Of a stretch of 64,000 nucleotides of DNA, positions 57,125 through 64,000 are shown in pieces. The notes under the pieces are model-generated. The model was not told the DNA's origin. It saw only the letters and a list, made by a program, of their open reading frames with translations, and ran no database searches. Position numbers and translations under genes: made by a program. The first letter of the stretch is position 1, and every line of letters begins with the position of its first letter. Location of the stretch: assembly GCA_039680175.1 (NCBI GenBank), contig JBDKTO010000074.1, forward strand, positions 229,724 through 293,723, given 5' to 3'. The DNA is from Veillonellales bacterium. GTDB lineage: Bacteria > Bacillota > Negativicutes > JAAYSF01.

Positions 57125-58609
57125 ATGAAGACATTACAGGAACTCGCCGCTTTGCTGTCCAATGCAGCGATAACAGGAGATATAAAACAACCGGTTCAGG
57201 CTTTAACCCATGATTCAAGACAGGTAAGGCCCGGCACTTTATTCGTCTGTCTGACCGGCACTAAAGTTGATGGTCATGACTATATTGAGCAGGCTCGTCA
57301 AAAGGGAGCCATAGCGGTATTGGTTGAAAAAGCTGTGGCAATTGCCGGGATAACGGTGATTAAGGTACCGGATACCCGTTTGGCCATGCAGCAAATTGCG
57401 CCTTATTTTTATGACTATCCAGCCGAAAAGTTGAGAATCATTGGAATCACCGGCACAAATGGCAAGACTACAACGACCTATCTGATTCGCAGCATTTTAC
57501 AGCAGGCGGGTTTCCGGGTAGGCGTAATCGGAACAATACAAATTATGATCGACGATCAGGTTTTGCCAATTCATAATACTACTCCGGATGTGATTGAACT
57601 TCAGTCCGTATTAGCCAAAATGGTCGTTGCCAAAATGGATTATGTGGTGATGGAAGTGTCTTCCCATGCTTTAGCGTTGAACAGGATTGCCGGTTGTGAG
57701 TTTGATGTAGCGGTGTTTACCAACATGACCCGGGACCATCTTGATTTTCACGGGACATTTGAAAACTACCTTGCAGCAAAATCTCGTTTATTCCAATTGG
57801 TGAGTGAGCCCAGTAATCGTAAGGCGGGCAAGGCGGCAGTGGTTAATATTGATGATCCTGCAGCCAGTACGATTCTTCGAAGTTCACACTGCCGGACTAT
57901 ATCCTACAGCGTGAATCAGTCGGCGGATTTACAGGCGAAAGATATTGATATCCAGGCCAGGGGAGCGAGTTTCGTAATAGTGTCGGAACAGGGAGATATT
58001 CCAATCAAGCTTAAAATTACCGGCGTTTTTAATGTGTACAATGTCTTGGCGGCTGCCGGGACAGCTTTGGCGGAAGCTATTGACGGTAAACTGATAAAAC
58101 AGGCGCTTGAAAATTTTGTCAGTGTGCCGGGGCGGTTTGAACTGGTGGCTGCCGGACAGCCGTTTAGCGTGATTGTTGATTTCGCTCATACTCCGGATGG
58201 ATTGGAAAATATTTTAAAGACGGTACAACAGTTTGCTAAAGGGAAAATCATTACCGTATTTGGCTGCGGCGGTGATCGCGACCGGACCAAACGGCCGATT
58301 ATGGGGCATATTGCAGCTGAATTATCCGATGTGGTCATTGCGACTTCCGATAACCCCCGGACGGAAGAGCCGGAAGCAATTTTGAGTGAAATTGAGGCTG
58401 GCATTTTGAAAAATCTGACTGCCGGTAAAACCTATGAAAAGATTATTGACAGACGTCAGGCAATCCAGCGGGCGCTGGAATTAGCAAAAGATGAGGATAC
58501 GGTTATTATTGCCGGAAAAGGGCATGAACCTTATCAGATTTTAAAAGAGAGAACCATTGCTTTTGACGATCGGGAGATAGTCCGAGAGCTTGTCAGGGGG
58601 ATGAAATAG
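57125..58609 (+). CDS. murE: UDP-N-acetylmuramoyl-L-alanyl-D-glutamate--2,6-diaminopimelate ligase
   Basis: GTNGKTTT P-loop. The DNPR motif (TSDNPRTEEP) indicates meso-DAP specificity. RBS GGGAGGA lies 7 nt upstream of the ATG at 57125. Confidence 0.9.
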   Translation: MKTLQELAALLSNAAITGDIKQPVQALTHDSRQVRPGTLFVCLTGTKVDGHDYIEQARQKGAIAVLVEKAVAIAGITVIKVPDTRLAMQQIAPYFYDYPAEKLRIIGITGTNGKTTTTYLIRSILQQAGFRVGVIGTIQIMIDDQVLPIHNTTPDVIELQSVLAKMVVAKMDYVVMEVSSHALALNRIAGCEFDVAVFTNMTRDHLDFHGTFENYLAAKSRLFQLVSEPSNRKAGKAAVVNIDDPAASTILRSSHCRTISYSVNQSADLQAKDIDIQARGASFVIVSEQGDIPIKLKITGVFNVYNVLAAAGTALAEAIDGKLIKQALENFVSVPGRFELVAAGQPFSVIVDFAHTPDGLENILKTVQQFAKGKIITVFGCGGDRDRTKRPIMGHIAAELSDVVIATSDNPRTEEPEAILSEIEAGILKNLTAGKTYEKIIDRRQAIQRALELAKDEDTVIIAGKGHEPYQILKERTIAFDDREIVRELVRGMK

Positions 58610-58611
58610 CG

Positions 58612-59970
58612 ATGGCGGTTTTTACAATAGCTGAGGTCGTTTCAGCAACCGGCGGAAAGCTGAGGGGTGCAGCCCAGGAGAGGTTTACGGGGGTTGCTAC
58701 TGATACCCGCAAGATTCAACCGGGAAATCTGTTTGTTGCTCTGCAAGGCGAACGCTTTGACGGTCATGATTTTATTAGTCAGGCGGTGGAGCGGGGAGCC
58801 GGCGGCGTTTTGGCTTCACGAACCGATATGAAGATGCCGGAGGGAGTTCCTGTGATTTATGTTGAAGACACGTTGCAGGGATTGCAGCAATTGGCCCGGT
58901 TTCATCGCCTGAGATTTTCTATTCCGCTGATTGCAGTTACGGGATCAAATGGTAAAACCACGACAAAAGATATGATTGCTGCCGTTTTGTCAAGCCGTTT
59001 TCATGTTTTAAAGACCGAGGCTAATTTTAACAATGAAATTGGCTTATCACTCACGTTGTTGAATCTTGATTCCAACCACGACGCTGCTGTTGTGGAGATT
59101 GGCATGCGGGGGCAGGGGCAGCTGCGTGAACTGGCAAAAATAGCTTTACCGACGATGGCAGTGATTACAAATGTCAGTGAAACCCATATTGAATTGTTAG
59201 GATCTATTGAAAATATCGCTGCTGCTAAAGCTGAACTGGTAGAGGCGATTCCTGAGACCGGAGTTGTATTTTTAAATGGGGATGATTCCTATGTTAAGGC
59301 TATGAGTCTAAGCAGCAAAGCTCGGGTAGTGGAGTATGGAATTCTGGGGAAGCGGGATGTCTGGGCTGATGCGATCCGCAATGACGGGCAGGGAATGACA
59401 TTTCATTGTCACGGGCAGGTCACGTTTACGGCAACGGTTTCCGCTGCGGGCAGGCATAATGTATACAACGCTTTAGCGGCAATTGCAGTAGGAGTGGAAA
59501 TGAAGTTAACCGTGGAGGAAATCAAACGGGGACTGCAAGCTTTTTCCGCTGGCGCTATGCGCTTGTCTATAGAAAAGCTGGGGGAGTATGTTATTATTAA
59601 CGATGCCTATAATGCCAGTCCGCTATCTATGTCGGCGGCTATTGACACGTTAGCGGAGGTGGCTAAGGGCCGATCTATTGCTGTGCTGGGCGATATGCTG
59701 GAATTAGGCCACATCGCTATCGAAGCCCATCGGCGAATTGGCCGCAAACTGGCGGAACAGGGCGTCAAAATTGTGATTACGGTTGGCGAATTGGCTCGTA
59801 ATATTGCGGAATCAGCCCATGAATATGGAATTGTCAATGCGGTAGCGTGTCAGACTCATAGTGAAGCCATAAAAGTTTTACAGCAATATATTAAGCCGGG
59901 CGATACATTGCTAATTAAAGGCTCACGGGGCATGAAAATGGAACAGATTCTGAAAATGTTTGGGGAATAG
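58612..59970 (+). CDS. murF: UDP-N-acetylmuramoyl-tripeptide--D-alanyl-D-alanine ligase
   Basis: GSNGKTTTK P-loop in the Mur ligase domain architecture. Confidence 0.9.
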   Translation: MAVFTIAEVVSATGGKLRGAAQERFTGVATDTRKIQPGNLFVALQGERFDGHDFISQAVERGAGGVLASRTDMKMPEGVPVIYVEDTLQGLQQLARFHRLRFSIPLIAVTGSNGKTTTKDMIAAVLSSRFHVLKTEANFNNEIGLSLTLLNLDSNHDAAVVEIGMRGQGQLRELAKIALPTMAVITNVSETHIELLGSIENIAAAKAELVEAIPETGVVFLNGDDSYVKAMSLSSKARVVEYGILGKRDVWADAIRNDGQGMTFHCHGQVTFTATVSAAGRHNVYNALAAIAVGVEMKLTVEEIKRGLQAFSAGAMRLSIEKLGEYVIINDAYNASPLSMSAAIDTLAEVAKGRSIAVLGDMLELGHIAIEAHRRIGRKLAEQGVKIVITVGELARNIAESAHEYGIVNAVACQTHSEAIKVLQQYIKPGDTLLIKGSRGMKMEQILKMFGE

Positions 59971-59985
59971 TTGGGGAGGCTTACT

Positions 59986-60960
59986 ATGCAGGAGTTGTTG
60001 TTTGCCGCCGGGGTGGCATTTTTTATAGCATTGCTGATTGGTCCATTGATTATTCCGGTTTTGCGGCGATTAAAGTTCGGTCAGAGCATTCGCCGGGAAG
60101 GGCCGAAAAGGCATTATGCAAAAGCGGGAACACCCACTATGGGCGGCATTATTATTTTAATTGCTTTGTTACTTTCTTCGTTGTTGTATGCGGGAAAAAG
60201 CCCCGAAGTCTGGCTGGCGTTATTTGTTACTTTAGGCCACGGAGTACTCGGCTTTTTGGATGATTTTATTAAAGTGGCGCTGAAACGGTCCCTTGGTCTT
60301 AAAGCCCGCCAGAAACTTTTCGGGCAGATTATTTTGGCCGTGGCCTTGGCCTATATTGCCACTACTTATATGGGGCGGGGCACTGACTTATGGATACCCG
60401 TGCTGGGGATGAATCTGGATCTTGGCCCATTCTATTATGTACTGATTTTTTTCGTTCTGGTTGGAACCACCAATGCGGTAAACCTTACCGACGGACTGGA
60501 TGGCCTTGCGGCTGGGACGACAATAGTTGCCGCCGTTGCCTATGCTGTCATTGCTCTTGCTTTTGCCAAACCGGAGCTGGCTGCTTTTTGCGTTGCATTG
60601 GCGGGAGCAACGTTAGGCTTTTTGCGTTTTAATGCCTATCCGGCTAAAGTTTTTATGGGGGATACCGGTTCCTTAGCTCTCGGCGGCGCCTTAGCCTCTG
60701 TAGCGGTCATGACGAAAACAGAATTACTGTTGATCCTCGTGGGCGGTGTTTTTGTCATTGAAGCTTTATCGGTTATCATCCAGGTTGTCTCTTTTAAAAC
60801 TACAGGGAAAAGAGTATTTTTAATGAGTCCCATTCATCATCATTTTGAATTGTCCGGCTGGCCGGAGGTTAAAGTGGTGACGGTATTTTGGCTGGCAGGC
60901 GTTGCCTTTAGTGTGTTGGCACTGGCTATTTTATCTGTCAGCCGCGGAGGAGGAATATAA
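59986..60960 (+). CDS. mraY: Phospho-N-acetylmuramoyl-pentapeptide transferase
   Basis: MQELLFAAGVAFF... polytopic protein with motifs NAVNLTDGLDGLA and HHHFE. RBS GGGGAGG lies 6 nt upstream. Confidence 0.9.
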   Translation: MQELLFAAGVAFFIALLIGPLIIPVLRRLKFGQSIRREGPKRHYAKAGTPTMGGIIILIALLLSSLLYAGKSPEVWLALFVTLGHGVLGFLDDFIKVALKRSLGLKARQKLFGQIILAVALAYIATTYMGRGTDLWIPVLGMNLDLGPFYYVLIFFVLVGTTNAVNLTDGLDGLAAGTTIVAAVAYAVIALAFAKPELAAFCVALAGATLGFLRFNAYPAKVFMGDTGSLALGGALASVAVMTKTELLLILVGGVFVIEALSVIIQVVSFKTTGKRVFLMSPIHHHFELSGWPEVKVVTVFWLAGVAFSVLALAILSVSRGGGI

Positions 60961-60964
60961 GTAA

Positions 60965-62320
60965 ATGAATTTTCGCGGTCAAAATATTTTAGTTTTGGGG
61001 GCCGGCATCAGCGGTATCGCCGTGGCTGCCATATTACATAAGTTAGGTGCCAAGGTTACTTTAAACGATGATAAGGCACCTGACAAAATCAAAGGGGATG
61101 TTACGCCGCTCCGCGAGCTGGGTGTGGCGTTGATTTTTGGACGCCAGGATGTGAATTTACTGGATGGTATTGATTTTATCGTGGTTTCGCCGGGAGTTCC
61201 TATTGATATTCCGTTAATTTTGGCGGCAAAAAATAAAGGAATCACAGTAATGAGTGAAATTGAGGTTGCCTATCATTTATGTCCGGCTCCGATTATCGCT
61301 ATTACCGGGACCAATGGCAAGACGACAACGACGACTCTGCTTGGTGAAATGCTCAGGACAACAGGCAGGGATGTGGTAGTGGGAGGAAATATCGGAGCCG
61401 CTCTATCTCAGGAAGTGGCTTCTGTAGATAAAAACGGAATCGTTGTTGCTGAAATTTCCAGTTTTCAGTTAGAAGGTGTCATTGATTTTCATCCCCATAT
61501 TTCGGCCATTTTAAATGTGACGCCGGATCATTTGGATCGGCACTATTCTATGGCAGCTTATATTCAGATGAAGGAGCGGATTTTTGCCAAACAAACAGCC
61601 GCTGATTATTTAATATTGAATTATGATGATGGGATTCTTCGCGATATGTCCCAGCGAACGGCTGCCCAAGTTTTTTTCTTCAGCCGTAAGAGTGAAGTCG
61701 AAAATGGAGCTTTTGTAAAAGATGGTGTGATTACGATTACCTGGCAGGGTAAGACACTGCCGGTTTGTGCCGTAGAAAAGATGCAAATCAAGGGATCCCA
61801 CAATATTGAAAATGCCATGGCTGCTTGTGGCGCGGCATTCCTTTCAGGTATACCTTTACCGGAGATTGCCGCCGTTTTGCAGACATTCGCCGGAGTCGAG
61901 CATCGCATTGAACCGGTTAGGACTGTTAACGGAGTCGAGTATTACAATGACTCCAAGGCGACCAATCCGGAGTCGGCGATGAAAGCGTTGGAATCTTTTC
62001 CCGGCCATATTATTCTGATTGCGGGAGGAACGGATAAACATACCGATTTAACTGCATTCATGGGATTGGTAAAAGAGAAAACCGACCATCTGATACTCCT
62101 GGGCGAAGCGGGGGAAAGATTTTGTGCGGCTGCGAAGAGAGCAGGCGTACAAAGCATCCATCAGGTTGCCACCTTTACCGCTGCGGTGGATTTGGCCTTT
62201 CAGCTGGCTAAACCTCCCCAGGTAGTCGTCTTGTCACCGGCCTGCTCCAGTTACGATATGTTTGCCAATTATGAAGAGCGGGGGCGGGCGTTTAAAAAAA
62301 TGGTTCGAGAATTAGGCTAA
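60965..62320 (+). CDS. murD: UDP-N-acetylmuramoylalanine--D-glutamate ligase
   Basis: GTNGKTTTT P-loop with an N-terminal Rossmann domain (VLGAGISG). Confidence 0.9.
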   Translation: MNFRGQNILVLGAGISGIAVAAILHKLGAKVTLNDDKAPDKIKGDVTPLRELGVALIFGRQDVNLLDGIDFIVVSPGVPIDIPLILAAKNKGITVMSEIEVAYHLCPAPIIAITGTNGKTTTTTLLGEMLRTTGRDVVVGGNIGAALSQEVASVDKNGIVVAEISSFQLEGVIDFHPHISAILNVTPDHLDRHYSMAAYIQMKERIFAKQTAADYLILNYDDGILRDMSQRTAAQVFFFSRKSEVENGAFVKDGVITITWQGKTLPVCAVEKMQIKGSHNIENAMAACGAAFLSGIPLPEIAAVLQTFAGVEHRIEPVRTVNGVEYYNDSKATNPESAMKALESFPGHIILIAGGTDKHTDLTAFMGLVKEKTDHLILLGEAGERFCAAAKRAGVQSIHQVATFTAAVDLAFQLAKPPQVVVLSPACSSYDMFANYEERGRAFKKMVRELG

Positions 62321-62333
62321 AGGAGGAGTTGCC

Positions 62334-63437
62334 TTGACGGGAAGGCCTAAATCACCGGATTTTATTATTTTTTTTACGGTTGCCATTCTGCTGGGATTGG
62401 GAGTGGTAATGGTATATAGTTCGAGCGCGGTTTCAGCCTACGTCAACTTTCATGACAGCTATTACTTTTTGAAGCGCCAGCTGATATGGGTTTCTTTAGG
62501 ACTATTGACAATGCTGCTGACAATGAATATTGATTATCATGTTTGGCGCAAGCTGACTAAGCCAATTATGTTGGTTACGCTGTGTCTGCTGGTGCTGGTT
62601 TTGATCCCCGGCCTAGGGAAGGTTGTCAATGGCGCCCGGCGCTGGCTGGGATTTGGTTCGCTGTATCTGCAGCCTTCGGAAGTGGCAAAATTGAGCATGG
62701 TTTTATTTTGTTCAACCACCCTGGCTCGTCGTCAGGATAAGATGACCAGCTTTTTTAAAGGAGTGGTTCCCCAGCTACTGATGTTGATAGTTGTATTTGG
62801 CCTTATTCTCAAGGAACCTGATTTAGGAACTGCTTTAGCCATCGGGGGAACGGTATTTGTTTTGCTGTTTACTGCCGGAGCAAAGATTTCTCACTTGGTT
62901 TCTCTTGGGATAGCCGGTGTGGGGGGAATTATCGCCGCCATCCTTGTTGAGCCTTACCGATTAAAGCGGCTGCTGGCATTTAGCGATCCCTGGTCAGATC
63001 CCCTTGATACAGGCTATCATATTATTCAATCCCTGTATGCCATTGGTTCCGGCGGCTTATTCGGCGTAGGTCTGGGCCGCAGCCGGGAAAAGTTTCTTTA
63101 TCTGCCGGAGCCGCATACGGATTTTATCTTTGCTATTTTAGGGGAAGAACTAGGTTTTATCGGCACAACAGCCGTAATTTTATTATTCTTTTTATTTGCT
63201 TGGCGCGGCTTTAAGGTTGCGATTTCTGCTCCTGATATATATGGCAGCTTGCTGGCGGCAGGGATGACGACCATGATTATTATACAAGCACTAATGAATA
63301 TTGCCGTAGTCACTGCTTCGATGCCTGTAACCGGTATTCCACTGCCTTTTATTAGTTTCGGCGGTTCTGCACTTATTTTTACTATGGCCGGTGTAGGAAT
63401 TCTGCTCAATATATCACGCTATGTCAATCTAAAATAA
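62334..63437 (+). CDS. ftsW: SEDS-family FtsW/SpoVE peptidoglycan glycosyltransferase
   Basis: 367 aa polytopic protein with PSEVAKL and TDFIFAILGEELGF motifs. The TTG start has RBS AAAGGAGGAG. Its position between murD and murG matches spoVE/ftsW. Confidence 0.85.
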   Translation: MTGRPKSPDFIIFFTVAILLGLGVVMVYSSSAVSAYVNFHDSYYFLKRQLIWVSLGLLTMLLTMNIDYHVWRKLTKPIMLVTLCLLVLVLIPGLGKVVNGARRWLGFGSLYLQPSEVAKLSMVLFCSTTLARRQDKMTSFFKGVVPQLLMLIVVFGLILKEPDLGTALAIGGTVFVLLFTAGAKISHLVSLGIAGVGGIIAAILVEPYRLKRLLAFSDPWSDPLDTGYHIIQSLYAIGSGGLFGVGLGRSREKFLYLPEPHTDFIFAILGEELGFIGTTAVILLFFLFAWRGFKVAISAPDIYGSLLAAGMTTMIIIQALMNIAVVTASMPVTGIPLPFISFGGSALIFTMAGVGILLNISRYVNLK

Positions 63438-63454
63438 GGGGGCTTGGCAGACGT

Positions 63455-64000
63455 ATGCGTATCATCATGTCCGGCGGAGGAACAGGCGGGCACATCTATC
63501 CTGCTATTACTATCATCAGAGCCATTAAAACAGTAGTACAGCCTTGTGAAGTATTATTTGTCGGCACAAAATACGGGCTGGAAGCAGATATTGTTCCTAA
63601 AGAGGGATTGGATTTTGCGACGATTGACATTCGCGGCTTCGAGCGGCATCTGTCATGGCAGAATGTCGCAACTGTTTTTAAAGCTGTCGGCAGTTTGTGG
63701 GAATCACAAAAAATTTTGCGTAGATTTAAGCCGGATATTGTCATTGGCACAGGCGGCTATGTGTGCGGCCCGATTTTGCTCACTGCCAGTCTGCTTGGTA
63801 TCCCGACGATGATTCAGGAGCAGAATGTTGTGCCTGGTATTACGAATAAAATTCTTTCTCATTTTGTGGATAAAATCGCTGTGGGCTATGGGGAGGCAGG
63901 CCGGCATTTTAACAGGCCCGATAAAGTAGTGTTTACTGGAAACCCGATTCGCAGCGAAGTGATGACAGCAGCCCGGGAAGAAGGAATTGCAGCGCTTAGC
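63455..64000 (+). CDS. murG: N-terminal part of UDP-GlcNAc--undecaprenyl-PP-MurNAc-pentapeptide GlcNAc transferase (continues beyond the window)
   Basis: MRIIMSGGGTGGHIYPA... is the canonical MurG N-terminus. RBS AAGGGGG is present. Confidence 0.85.
   Translation, partial: MRIIMSGGGTGGHIYPAITIIRAIKTVVQPCEVLFVGTKYGLEADIVPKEGLDFATIDIRGFERHLSWQNVATVFKAVGSLWESQKILRRFKPDIVIGTGGYVCGPILLTASLLGIPTMIQEQNVVPGITNKILSHFVDKIAVGYGEAGRHFNRPDKVVFTGNPIRSEVMTAAREEGIAALS

Overview
The window is a gene-dense core-chromosome stretch from an endospore-forming, moderate-GC Firmicute; the lineage is unresolved and could be Clostridia- or Negativicutes-like. SpoIVA and an FtsW/SpoVE-family SEDS protein in the dcw cluster point to sporulation. 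Gene order closely follows the Bacillus subtilis ylo region. The ylo backbone runs rqcH/yloA, Ca-ATPase/yloB, yicC/yloC, remA, gmk, rpoZ, coaBC, priA, def, fmt, rsmB, rlmN, a PP2C phosphatase, a PASTA kinase, rsgA and rpe. It carries insertions of dapF, a SAM-I riboswitch with metK, a DUF116 gene, and an actinobacterial-style fhaA-fhaB and rodA-pbpA module. An FMN-riboswitch-controlled ribDE(BA)H operon follows, then a phosphoesterase, rpmB, recG, spoIVA, a cell-envelope locus (PBP1A, tagA-like GT26, psd, pssA, membrane GT2), surE, an S-adenosylmethionine by-product salvage cluster, and the start of the dcw cluster (mraZ, rsmH, ftsL, pbp2B/spoVD, murE, murF, mraY, murD, ftsW/spoVE, murG). No CRISPR arrays, IS elements, prophage genes or recognisable defence systems were seen. 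The most interesting candidate is the mtn cluster at 46.4-51.5 kb. It co-locates an MtaD-type MTA/SAH deaminase with an MTA-phosphorylase homologue whose purine-6 recognition Asp is replaced by Asn, which predicts methylthioinosine specificity. The cluster also holds MtnA, a class II aldolase and an AhcY homologue. Together these suggest a hypoxanthine-route salvage of both MTA and SAH, possibly ending in a DHAP-shunt aldolase. Other items worth a second look are the FHA/PP2C/SEDS/bPBP/PASTA-kinase insertion, two related palindromic elements flanking an orphan FrhB-like Fe-S protein gene, a small Cys-rich ORF upstream of spoIVA, two DUF1858 paralogues, and a stand-alone PduL next to a YqfB-like ASCH protein. 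Many ORF-track start codons appear too far upstream; RBS-based corrections are given in the features.
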